From contig JAKQLF010000055.1 in assembly GCA_029567325.1 (NCBI GenBank), positions 1,581 to 65,580 on the forward strand: DNA of 64,000 bases. Reading direction: 5' to 3'. Within the stretch, counting starts at the first letter, position 1, and every line of letters begins with the position of its first letter. Source of the DNA: Bacteroidota bacterium. Lineage in GTDB: Bacteria > Bacteroidota > Bacteroidia > Chitinophagales > Saprospiraceae. The position numbers and the translations under genes are program-made. Positions 47,946 to 56,410 of the stretch are shown piece after piece. Under the pieces are notes generated by a model. The model was not told the DNA's origin. It saw only the letters and a list, made by a program, of their open reading frames with translations, and searched no databases.

Positions 47946-48071
47946 TAACAAGATTTCAAAAATTGAAAAATTTGTACTAGCTAAATATTTTTCGCCCCTT
48001 CTATTTTCATTCAATCTTTATAATCTTTCTCATAAAGATTTGGCACAGGCGAAAAGCCTTTCGCCCCTACA

Positions 48072-48127
48072 TTTTTCACTTTATGAACTTTCAAACTTTA
48101 TGAACTTTATGAACTTCCAAACTCTAT
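48072..48127. repeat. ACTTT-word short tandem repeat, second locus
   Basis: TTTTTCACTTTATGAACTTTCAAACTTTATGAACTTTATGAACTTCCAAACTCTAT shares the 27-nt string CTTTATGAACTTTCAAACTTTATGAAC with the 13916-14000 tract. Confidence 0.85.
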
Positions 48128-48129
48128 AT

Positions 48130-48675
48130 CTACCCTTCTGAAGAATCTTTTTTCTTGATCTCATCAATCGTTTCTAAAGTCTTTTCCCAGAATGTACTGA
48201 AAACTGGTTTTAATTTATTGAGTGCTTGTTGAGAAACCGCTGGCACTTGCACTAAATATGGATAAGTAAAAGAAGAGGCTTTCGTTTGGTCAGAAACCAA
48301 TTTCACTTTATCAACCAAACCTATACTCAATGCTAAGATGGTAGCAAAGAAAAAGCCCTGTAAAGCTGCACCTGCAGATTTGTTTATAATGTTGAGATGG
48401 ACAACCTCCAGTAATTCTTCTAGCTTTTTACCAATAAATCTGATGGTAACCATCACGCCAATGAAAGTAACTGCAATACCCAAAATGAAGGTGATTGCAG
48501 GATTTATTTTCAACAGGTTTTGAAGAAAATCAATAACAATCGGTGAAATTTTGAGTGCTGCTACTATTCCTATGATCAATGAGAGGGTATCAAATATAGT
48601 TTTGATGAGTCCTCTTTTGTATCCAAGGTACAAACCCAAAGAAATGATGATTGCTGATAAAACGTCTATGACCAT
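48130..48675 (-). CDS. cvpA: CvpA-family membrane protein
   Basis: MVIDVLSAIIISLGLYLGYKRGLIK..., four TM helices typical of colicin V production protein homologues. Confidence 0.75.
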   Translation of the reverse strand: MVIDVLSAIIISLGLYLGYKRGLIKTIFDTLSLIIGIVAALKISPIVIDFLQNLLKINPAITFILGIAVTFIGVMVTIRFIGKKLEELLEVVHLNIINKSAGAALQGFFFATILALSIGLVDKVKLVSDQTKASSFTYPYLVQVPAVSQQALNKLKPVFSTFWEKTLETIDEIKKKDSSEG

Positions 48676-48816
48676 TGTGCAAATTCTTTTAAGAAAGCTA
48701 GCGTAAATAATAAAACAAAGATAGTGGTAGCCACAATATCAAGTTAACATTGGGTAATGCGTTCGTCGATTTGTTTCTACAGTTGAGATAATTATTACAT
48801 ATAAAAGGATAAAAAT

Positions 48817-49503
48817 CTAGGCCTTGCGTTTCATGTAGTAGTCGAATACCTTGGTAACTACAGCTTTACCTAGACTTGCCGGATCTTTTCTTAGTTCTTG
48901 TTCTTCATGGCCTACAGCAAGAAAAATAGCGTCGACAGCTCTTTCAGCCATAAAGTCACTGAGTGAAGCATCCACTTTATTTTTAGAGAACATATTGTAG
49001 GTACCCGCAGCCAAGGGCCAATATTTATTTACTTCGCTTTTGTTGAGTTCGAGATTTAATCTTTCACTATATCTTTTTTTGACCACCACCTTCATGTTAT
49101 TTTTGAGCACTTGGGTAGCGGCATCCTTACCACCTGTAACCACTGCTACTGCATCGCCAAAATCTACTTCACTGATTGCATCTTTCATTATGCCCTCACT
49201 TTCAGTAAGCATGATAGAGGCAGATTTAGCAATTACTTCTTTGGACTTTGCAATTTCTGCACTCAAACCAAGACTTGAGAGGCTGTTGAGCACCAGATTC
49301 ACTTCAGGTGGAAGTGTTTGCATCGGATCATCACCTGATAAATTTTTGAGCTGCATCAATGCTTTGAAAGTGCTACTATTTAAAATTTCTCTTAAAGCAG
49401 TGATCGTTTCTAATGCACTTGGCTTCAAAGTAGAATTCATCAAAGTGCTGCAAGACATAAAAGTTACAGCTAAAAAGCATATGAGATATTTTCCTGTGCT
49501 CAT
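48817..49503 (-). CDS. Hypothetical lipoprotein, possibly DUF4197 family
   Basis: Lipobox (VTFMSCST), all-helical, 228 aa. The family assignment is from weak recollection. Confidence 0.45.
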   Translation of the reverse strand: MSTGKYLICFLAVTFMSCSTLMNSTLKPSALETITALREILNSSTFKALMQLKNLSGDDPMQTLPPEVNLVLNSLSSLGLSAEIAKSKEVIAKSASIMLTESEGIMKDAISEVDFGDAVAVVTGGKDAATQVLKNNMKVVVKKRYSERLNLELNKSEVNKYWPLAAGTYNMFSKNKVDASLSDFMAERAVDAIFLAVGHEEQELRKDPASLGKAVVTKVFDYYMKRKA

Positions 49504-49637
49504 TTGGTATTATAATATGTGCCAGAAAATTAAGAATTTTCATTCATTATTTGTTTTAATTTAAAAACTCTGCCATTAAAGAGTCATAAGTTTTGAATAA
49601 ACGCGGCAAAAAAAGAATTTTGCATACTAATAGAAAT

Positions 49638-50324
49638 ATGATGAAACTCATAAATATCCTTTGTATTGAAACCAGCACCGACGTTTGTTCTGTAGCAATC
49701 AGTCAAAATGGGAAACTCTTGTCCTGTGTTGAAAAAGTAAATACACAGAATCATGCTGAAGAAATCACTCTGATGATTGATCAATCTTTGAAGGAAGCAA
49801 AACTCAGTTTAAAGGAATTAAGTGCAGTAGCGGTTTCAGCTGGACCGGGTTCATATACAGGTTTAAGAATAGGTGTTAACACAGCAAAAGGTTTGTGTTT
49901 CGCTTTAGAAATTCCATTAATCGGACTTTCTAGTTTGGCAATTTTAGCTAATAGTATAGAAAATTGTGAAGAAGGTTCGATCATTATTCCTATGATTGAT
50001 GCCAGAAGAATGGAAGTATATACTGCCACATTTGATCATAACTATGAAGAATTAACTCCAACTCAAGCCTTGATCATTGATGAAAACTTTGCCCAATCAC
50101 ATGAAAATGACAGCATTTATCTGTGTGGAAATGGATATCAGAAGGCAATGGAGTATCTAAAATCATTGAAAATACAGTCTGGACATCAACTTGCTTCTGC
50201 CGTATATATGGTGAAAATCTCCCATTCTTATTTCAATGATTCAAAATTCGTTAATTATTTAAATTTTTCTCCATATTATTTTAAAGAGCCCAATATCACC
50301 AAGCCAGCATCAAGAAATACATAG
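49638..50324 (+). CDS. tsaB: tRNA threonylcarbamoyladenosine biosynthesis protein TsaB
   Basis: ILCIETSTDVCSVAIS ... GPGSYTGLRIG motif. The ATG at 49638 was chosen. Confidence 0.8.
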   Translation: MMKLINILCIETSTDVCSVAISQNGKLLSCVEKVNTQNHAEEITLMIDQSLKEAKLSLKELSAVAVSAGPGSYTGLRIGVNTAKGLCFALEIPLIGLSSLAILANSIENCEEGSIIIPMIDARRMEVYTATFDHNYEELTPTQALIIDENFAQSHENDSIYLCGNGYQKAMEYLKSLKIQSGHQLASAVYMVKISHSYFNDSKFVNYLNFSPYYFKEPNITKPASRNT

Positions 50325-50511
50325 AATGTGAACTAAATTTATTCATAATTCGTTCTTTATATATATGAATTTTTTGATACAACAACTATCAAATTAAATA
50401 TTTTTCTAACATGTAATCAATTTTATATCTGATTAATACACAGATCTCAAATATGGCATACTTCTTGAATTACTCATATTATGAATTGCGTGAAACTATA
50501 ATAGTAAATTT

Positions 50512-50850
50512 ATGAGGAACAAAAAGAATGAAACAGTAACTCTTAAAAAGGGTAACAAGGAAGTTCAGCTGGATTACGCCGATTTGAGAAAGGCTGTGCT
50601 GGTACTAAGAGCTGTCAATCACAAGTTGAGGCAGAGAATGATTGATTTATTGGAAGATGGCGATCCGATGACCGTGACGGATATTTATATCAAGTTGCGA
50701 TTGGAACAATCTGTAGCTTCACAGCACCTTGCGATTTTAAGAAGAGCGGGAGTAGTAATTACAGAACGTCAGGGAAAATTCATTTATTACTCAATAAACA
50801 AAGACCGATTGGCACAAATATCTACACTTGTTGAAGACTTAGCTAGCTAG
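50512..50850 (+). CDS. ArsR/SmtB-family winged-helix transcriptional regulator
   Basis: LRAVNHKLRQRMIDLL...MTVTDIYIKLRLEQSVASQHLAILRRAGVV...GKFIYYSI. Confidence 0.7.
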   Translation: MRNKKNETVTLKKGNKEVQLDYADLRKAVLVLRAVNHKLRQRMIDLLEDGDPMTVTDIYIKLRLEQSVASQHLAILRRAGVVITERQGKFIYYSINKDRLAQISTLVEDLAS

Positions 50851-51046
50851 TATACATAAGCCGTAGCTTATATATAAATAAAGCTTGCTGCGTAATTCGC
50901 TCAAAATAAGACAAAACTCAGTAAGACTTAAACCAATGCTTTAAAAGTCTCATATTTAAATAAATTATAAAAAAATGTAATATTTATTTTTGAGATTAAT
51001 TATTTTTCTACATCTTTGTCTCTAGGTCGGAAAAATAAGGAAGCAA

Positions 51047-51352
51047 ATGAAAAGCACTAAGGTCGTTTTCAGTAGCGAAAAGCTAAACTATTCGTGTGAG
51101 CTTATGAGAGCTCTCGCACACCCCTTGCGGTTGCAGATTTTACAACAAATTGATCAGCACGGGGAAATTCATGTCAATCACATCTACAATGAGTTGCAGA
51201 TAGAGCAATCTATCACTTCGCAGCATCTCAAGGTTTTGAGACTTGCTGGTGTCGTAAACCAAGAGAAGGATGGAAAATTCATGAATTATACAATCAATTA
51301 TGACATACTCGAAAAAGCAGAGTATGCTGTAAACAGATTTTTAAGAAAATAA
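51047..51352 (+). CDS. ArsR/SmtB-family winged-helix transcriptional regulator (paralogue of the preceding gene)
   Basis: MRALAHPLRLQILQQI...IHVNHIYNELQIEQSITSQHLKVLRLAGVV...GKFMNYTI. Confidence 0.75.
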   Translation: MKSTKVVFSSEKLNYSCELMRALAHPLRLQILQQIDQHGEIHVNHIYNELQIEQSITSQHLKVLRLAGVVNQEKDGKFMNYTINYDILEKAEYAVNRFLRK

Positions 51353-51356
51353 AAAA

Positions 51357-51396
51357 AGCGATCAACGTTGTCTCAATGTTGATCGCTTTTTTTTTA
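51357..51396 (+). terminator. Rho-independent terminator
   Basis: AGCGATCAACGTTG-TCTC-AATGTTGATCGCT stem-loop followed by TTTTTTTTT. Confidence 0.8.
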
Positions 51397-51467
51397 TTTA
51401 TTTTACTAAATCAGTCACACAAAATTATTTGGCGTGGTAGTTAATCCATTAAATAAAGTCATTTCAG

Positions 51468-52115
51468 ATGAATAGGATACTGAGAATACTCTTCTTGGCT
51501 ATAGTATTCTTTATGGGATACTTATGGTTTGGTCAATTATTTAAGTCTTGCAATAGGCCTAAGTCAGATATCGGTGTCTATTCTAATGAAGATGTTTCAA
51601 CAAATGAGGTCGATCAATTACCAAATAATGACTTTTTTTCTGATGAAGATTCTGTAGATTATTTTCCTGATTCAGAAGGTGAGTCCACAGACCCTATAGA
51701 TTATGAAAAACTGGACAATTTGATTGACACCAAAGGAAAACCACAACCAGAGGCTGTTAAAGAAGAAATCATCAAGGTAGAAGCAGTACAGCCTATCAAA
51801 GAAAATAAACCCAAGGAACAAAAACCAGTATCTACACCGGTAAATAAAGAAAATTCAGTGCCTTCTACTTATGTAAATGATGCAAATGAACCCTTTTTGG
51901 TCATTGCAGGAAGTTACCTGGTGGAGGAAAATGCAGCAGAGATGATTGCAACGCTCAAGAAAATGGGTTACTCTAGTGCTGAAAAAATCGTTTTTGATCT
52001 TTCAAAATTTTATTCTGTATGTGTTGGTAGGTATAAGGATCATGAGACTGCCTCAGAAACCGTCAAGAAATTGAAAGGTAGCGGGATAGAATCTTACGTT
52101 CACCGCAGGAAATAA
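51468..52115 (+). CDS. SPOR-domain (peptidoglycan-binding) membrane protein
   Basis: N-terminal TM anchor, an acidic/Pro/Lys-rich linker, and a C-terminal SPOR-like domain (FLVIAGSYLVEENAAEMIATLKKMGY...YSVCVGRYKDHETASETVKKLK). Confidence 0.7.
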   Translation: MNRILRILFLAIVFFMGYLWFGQLFKSCNRPKSDIGVYSNEDVSTNEVDQLPNNDFFSDEDSVDYFPDSEGESTDPIDYEKLDNLIDTKGKPQPEAVKEEIIKVEAVQPIKENKPKEQKPVSTPVNKENSVPSTYVNDANEPFLVIAGSYLVEENAAEMIATLKKMGYSSAEKIVFDLSKFYSVCVGRYKDHETASETVKKLKGSGIESYVHRRK

Positions 52116-52157
52116 TCACTAATTTTTCACATCTTTACTTTATTAAAAGATGTGTTT

Positions 52158-52859
52158 ATGTGTGGCAGATCCAGTCTTACCAAAACTGAAAAGGAACTTG
52201 AAGAAAGATTCCAGGCAAATTTCTACAGTGAAGATTTAGAGCGGTACAACCCTCTTCCCAATTACAATGTTGCACCTACCCATATGATGCCTGTCATCAC
52301 CAATGAAGATGTCCTACATTTCAATGTATATCGTTGGGGTTTGATTCCTTTTTGGGCAAAAGACGAAAAGATCGGGAGCAAAATGATCAATGCTCGTATT
52401 GAAACGATCATAGAAAAAACAACTTACAAAAATACTTTCCAGAAAAAGAGATGTCTCGTGCCAATGGATGGCTTCTACGAATGGAAAAAAGAAGGAAAGG
52501 ATAAAATACCTCATAGGATTGTTACTACAGATCAAGAAATCTTTTCTGTTGCCGGAATGTGGGAATCTTGGAAAAACCCAACAGGGCACACCATTCATAC
52601 CTTTACAGTGATCACATTGCCTGCTAATGAATGTATGTCTAAACTCCACGACAGAATGCCTGCCATTCTCAAAAAAGAAGAAGAAAAATTGTGGCTCAAC
52701 AATGATTTGACTCGGGATGATGCGCTGAGTTTATTACAACCTTATGAATCCTCTAAAATGGATTTTTACGAAGTTTCCAATAAAGTCAATAAAGTCAGTG
52801 AAAATGATCCCTCTTTGATTGAGAAAGTGCCTGTCATCAGGCAAGGTTCTTTGTTTTAA
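52158..52859 (+). CDS. SOS-response-associated peptidase (SRAP/YedK) abasic-site processing protein
   Basis: The ATG at 52158 gives MCGR, placing the catalytic Cys2. Other matches are YNVAPT, WGLIPFWAKD, NARIET, the PMDGFYEW block and a PANE...HDRMP block. Confidence 0.85.
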   Translation: MCGRSSLTKTEKELEERFQANFYSEDLERYNPLPNYNVAPTHMMPVITNEDVLHFNVYRWGLIPFWAKDEKIGSKMINARIETIIEKTTYKNTFQKKRCLVPMDGFYEWKKEGKDKIPHRIVTTDQEIFSVAGMWESWKNPTGHTIHTFTVITLPANECMSKLHDRMPAILKKEEEKLWLNNDLTRDDALSLLQPYESSKMDFYEVSNKVNKVSENDPSLIEKVPVIRQGSLF

Positions 52860-52861
52860 AT

Positions 52862-52945
52862 CCCATTTCAATTAAGGCAATGGGATTTCAATGGGATTTC
52901 AATGGGATTTCAATGGGATTTCAATAGATTTCAATTGATTTCAAG
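52862..52945. repeat. 11-bp tandem repeat AATGGGATTTC (4 perfect copies plus degenerate flanking copies)
   Basis: Perfect units at 52879-52889, 52890-52900, 52901-52911 and 52912-52922, then AATAGATTTC and AATTGATTTC. A degenerate CCCATTTCAATT precedes them. The tract starts 3 nt after the SRAP stop codon. Confidence 0.9.
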
Positions 52946-53048
52946 AGACCAAAGCGTAAGGGGGTAAAATTTTGCACCTTTTTCAAATTGATGTTCAATA
53001 AAGGTTTGATTTCAATCTCTTGTAAAAGAACGGTTATGTGGTATTTAA

Positions 53049-53085
53049 ACAAAAAAAGGCCTACCTGAAGACAAGTAGACCTTTT
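53049..53085 (-). terminator. Probable rho-independent terminator after gldN
   Basis: The minus-strand reading is AAAGGTCTACTTGTCTTCAGGTAGGCCTTTTTTTG. It forms a 7-bp stem with one mismatch, followed by a T-run. Confidence 0.5.
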
Positions 53086-53110
53086 TAATATAAGTTTTAA
53101 AGAACGAGCA

Positions 53111-54025
53111 TTAATATTCCCACAAATCGTGCTCAAAATTGAACAGCTCTTCTTTTATTTTTTCTGATTGTAAAAGTACATCCATGTTGGCTGTGTCAGA
53201 CTTTGGATCGAAATAATCTTCCACCCTATAGTCTAGGATATTTGATCTTTTGTATATCACACTGCTAAAGAATCTATTGTCTATCAGATCAGACCAAGAC
53301 ATTGGTGCCATATCATTGTCATCACTCATGACTCTCTTTTTAGCCAACAATTCTCTTGCTTCAGGATAATAAATCCAAAATAATGGATATTCCAAAGGTC
53401 TATCAAGTCCTTCTACAACTTCTTCCATGATTGGAGCAATGCCCAAAATCCTATTCTTCAATACGGAAGCTTGCTCATCAAAAAACCAAATTTCTTTGAT
53501 TCTGAATTTCTTGATATTTCTCCAGTCTAAAGTGTTTTTAACCACTTCGATTTTTTCCTGATAAGTATCATAATCAAAACTAGGAATTGTGTCGATTTTA
53601 AACAGTTTTCCTTCTACCTCACTAGCTCCAAGTGGAGTTTTGAATTTTTCATCATCGAAAGCAGTGATGTCACCGTTAGAAATCAAGTCTTTCAATATGT
53701 TGAAAAAAGGCATTTCCTCTGCTCTCCAGGCTAAGTTTATCTTTTCTCTGGTATCAACAATTCTCCAAAATCTCTTTTCCCAAGCAATATCAGCTTCTCT
53801 GATAGGCTCGTAAGGTAAAACCACACTTTCTGTGATCATTCTCCTTGGAACGATATCGTCGATGTAAATATCTTCTGAAGGAACACTTGACTCAGTTATC
53901 TGAGGAGTGGTCGGCGTTGAAGGCGTTGTAGGTGCAGGATTTGTTACTCCTTGAGCTTGAACTGCCATCATACCTCCTAAACAAAGGAAGGATGCAAGAC
54001 CTGTTTTAATTAATTTGTTGTTCAT
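53111..54025 (-). CDS. gldN: Gliding motility / T9SS protein GldN
   Basis: 304-aa secreted protein immediately downstream of gldM, in the canonical gldKLMN order. It has the conserved acidic/aromatic-rich C-terminal region. Confidence 0.85.
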   Translation of the reverse strand: MNNKLIKTGLASFLCLGGMMAVQAQGVTNPAPTTPSTPTTPQITESSVPSEDIYIDDIVPRRMITESVVLPYEPIREADIAWEKRFWRIVDTREKINLAWRAEEMPFFNILKDLISNGDITAFDDEKFKTPLGASEVEGKLFKIDTIPSFDYDTYQEKIEVVKNTLDWRNIKKFRIKEIWFFDEQASVLKNRILGIAPIMEEVVEGLDRPLEYPLFWIYYPEARELLAKKRVMSDDNDMAPMSWSDLIDNRFFSSVIYKRSNILDYRVEDYFDPKSDTANMDVLLQSEKIKEELFNFEHDLWEY

Positions 54026-54088
54026 TTCTTTGATTCTTATTTTTATTTACAAATCCTCAATTGAGAAACGTATAAGAACAGTTTACTA

Positions 54089-55654
54089 TTATCTAATATT
54101 TACAATAACATCACCCAATGGTCTAGATGCTCCATCACCAGGACATCTACCCTTGATATCTCTGAAAAGGTAAGTATCTCCAGTAGTTGCTTTACTAACT
54201 ACACCAGAAGACTTACCATTATACCTTCCACCTTGATTAGGGCTAAACTCTGGATCTTCTCGTCTAGGTTGTCTAATCAATAAGAAATCGGTTATTTCAC
54301 ATCGAGCATCAAAATCAAATTGTTCCAAAACAGCGATCAAACCTTGGTAAGCTTTGAATTGTCCATCTCCCATCGTACCCCCACCTTGAGTAGGTGTAAA
54401 CCTAGGCAGTGGATTTGGAATTCTTTTTACTCTGAACTTTTTGGAAGAATTCATACCCGGAGCAGAAACAGAAACATTGGCTTCAGCGCCTCCGCTTACC
54501 TTTACATTATAAGATCCATCACTATTTCTTGAAATAGATCCGTTGTCAATGCTAACTTTAATCTGGTTACTATTTACACCCGCAGCGGAAACTTCGATTG
54601 GATTATCAACACCCATATAAAACACGTTCATTTTGGTTGCTGATATAGCCACAGATTTTTCACCCACTTCATATTCAAATTCTGATGTGTAAGTTTTTTT
54701 CTCACCTGTCACAGGGTTGGTTACCGTTGCAGATGCAGTATACTTTTTCTGACCTAATCCTGAAGCAGATGCTGAATAAGTAGCAATTCCATCAGAATTC
54801 ACACTTACTGGAGCACCATTTACAGACATAGAAATTCCTGTATTAGTATTTCCAGCAGCAGCTGACAAGAAAACTTCTGTTTCGAAAGTTTCACCCCTAG
54901 TCAAATATGTTTTCTTTGGTGCAGATACCACACGGTATTCATCAAAAACAACTTCAGTAGTAGTTCCAACTTTGCTCGCCAAATAATTTAGTACAGCTGC
55001 CTCAGAACTTTTGAGGTCATTTTGAAATTTAGTGAAAATTGGCAAGGTTGCACCAATTGGCATGTGACCAAAAGTAAAATCTGCCCAATCTTCTTTTTTA
55101 TTCAAAGAGTTTTTCCACTTTTCATTGTCGATTTCTATTGGCAGGGAGAAAGTTTTTCTATCTTCTTCATCTATGAGATCAAGCATTTTCTTTTTGATAT
55201 CCTCCATCTTCACCCTCAATTCCTCTCCTTTTCCATTGATAACCATCAATCTGGTTGTAGCATCATAGTTTCTTTTACCTCGAAGTTCTTTTTCTCCGTT
55301 GTTTAATACTACGTAATCATCATCATCTACTTTACCGTTGATGTTTCCTCCTTCATCAATTAATTTATCGACGATGTCAGCAATAAAAGAAGATCCATCT
55401 TTAGATAAATCTCTGACAACGTCTACACGATCAGCATATTTTTGAAGTTCATCTTTTTTCTTAGCGCCATCTTTGATCACTTTGGGCATTTTTTCGTTTG
55501 CTCCATCAAGCGTTTTATTTGCCGTCTTCAACCCTTCGTTGACCATGTCAAATGCATTGAATATCTCCGCGGAAACGTTTAGAGCTAAAAGCGCGGTCAA
55601 TACCAGATACATGACGTTGATCATCAATTGCCTGGGTTCCTTTGGTATAGACAT
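54089..55654 (-). CDS. gldM: Gliding motility / T9SS protein GldM
   Basis: The N-terminus PRQLMINVMYLVLTALLALNVSAEIFNAF matches the conserved GldM/PorM TM helix motif (RQKMINLMYLV...). Length is 521 aa. Confidence 0.9.
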   Translation of the reverse strand: MSIPKEPRQLMINVMYLVLTALLALNVSAEIFNAFDMVNEGLKTANKTLDGANEKMPKVIKDGAKKKDELQKYADRVDVVRDLSKDGSSFIADIVDKLIDEGGNINGKVDDDDYVVLNNGEKELRGKRNYDATTRLMVINGKGEELRVKMEDIKKKMLDLIDEEDRKTFSLPIEIDNEKWKNSLNKKEDWADFTFGHMPIGATLPIFTKFQNDLKSSEAAVLNYLASKVGTTTEVVFDEYRVVSAPKKTYLTRGETFETEVFLSAAAGNTNTGISMSVNGAPVSVNSDGIATYSASASGLGQKKYTASATVTNPVTGEKKTYTSEFEYEVGEKSVAISATKMNVFYMGVDNPIEVSAAGVNSNQIKVSIDNGSISRNSDGSYNVKVSGGAEANVSVSAPGMNSSKKFRVKRIPNPLPRFTPTQGGGTMGDGQFKAYQGLIAVLEQFDFDARCEITDFLLIRQPRREDPEFSPNQGGRYNGKSSGVVSKATTGDTYLFRDIKGRCPGDGASRPLGDVIVNIR

Positions 55655-55700
55655 ATTTTCTTATTTAATTATTAAGCAATAAATTATAGACTATACCCTA

Positions 55701-56294
55701 TTAGTTCTGTTTTACTGTAAATGCATTGAGTACATTACCATAAACTGAATTAAGAGAAGAAAGATTTTTATTCAGAGAAACCATTTGTTCTTTGTACAAT
55801 TTTGTATCATCAACAGTATCGTTGAGTTGTTTCATAGCTTCGCCCATCTTTGTATAAAAGTTGTGCATAGTTTTGAGTTGCTCAGAAGTTTCAGAAAAAT
55901 CTACTTCTTGCAAAGCTTTTAAAGACGATAAACTCTTGGACATATTTTGTAACTCGCTGAGCATACCAGTAAGGTTAGTTTCTACTACATCGCTATTTAA
56001 TGGCTTTGCACTACTACTTGCTGATAAACCAGATACTGCTGCTCCACCTGAAACAAGGCCATCAGCTTTATCAAGACCTGGATATAATTTCTCCCAGTAA
56101 TAATCTTTGTCTGGTGGTAACAAACCTAACATTAAAAATAAGAAAGCTTCTGTTAATAAGCCGGCAGTAATCGCTGGACCACCCCATGAATAACTGTTAA
56201 TTTTTCCTAATGCACCTATCATAACTACGGCGGCACCCACACCAATAATTAAGTTTTTTAGATATTTAAATTGAGATGTCTTATAAAAGCTCAT
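55701..56294 (-). CDS. gldL: Gliding motility / T9SS protein GldL
   Basis: Two N-terminal TM helices (GVGAAVVMIGALGKI...; GLLTEAFLFLMLGL) resembling GldL/PorL, and a coiled-coil C-terminus. Confidence 0.85.
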   Translation of the reverse strand: MSFYKTSQFKYLKNLIIGVGAAVVMIGALGKINSYSWGGPAITAGLLTEAFLFLMLGLLPPDKDYYWEKLYPGLDKADGLVSGGAAVSGLSASSSAKPLNSDVVETNLTGMLSELQNMSKSLSSLKALQEVDFSETSEQLKTMHNFYTKMGEAMKQLNDTVDDTKLYKEQMVSLNKNLSSLNSVYGNVLNAFTVKQN

Positions 56295-56410
56295 TGTCTT
56301 TCGATTTTAAAAAATTAATAAATTTAGCACACAGTTTTATACAAACGCAGGTACCAACATCGAAAGATGGTCTGCGGTAATATATTTAAGTTAAAAGTTC
56401 AATTAATTGA

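Noticed and set aside
49040-49564. 174-aa + strand ORF
   Set aside because: It is an antisense shadow of the 228-aa lipoprotein gene and has no start context or motifs.
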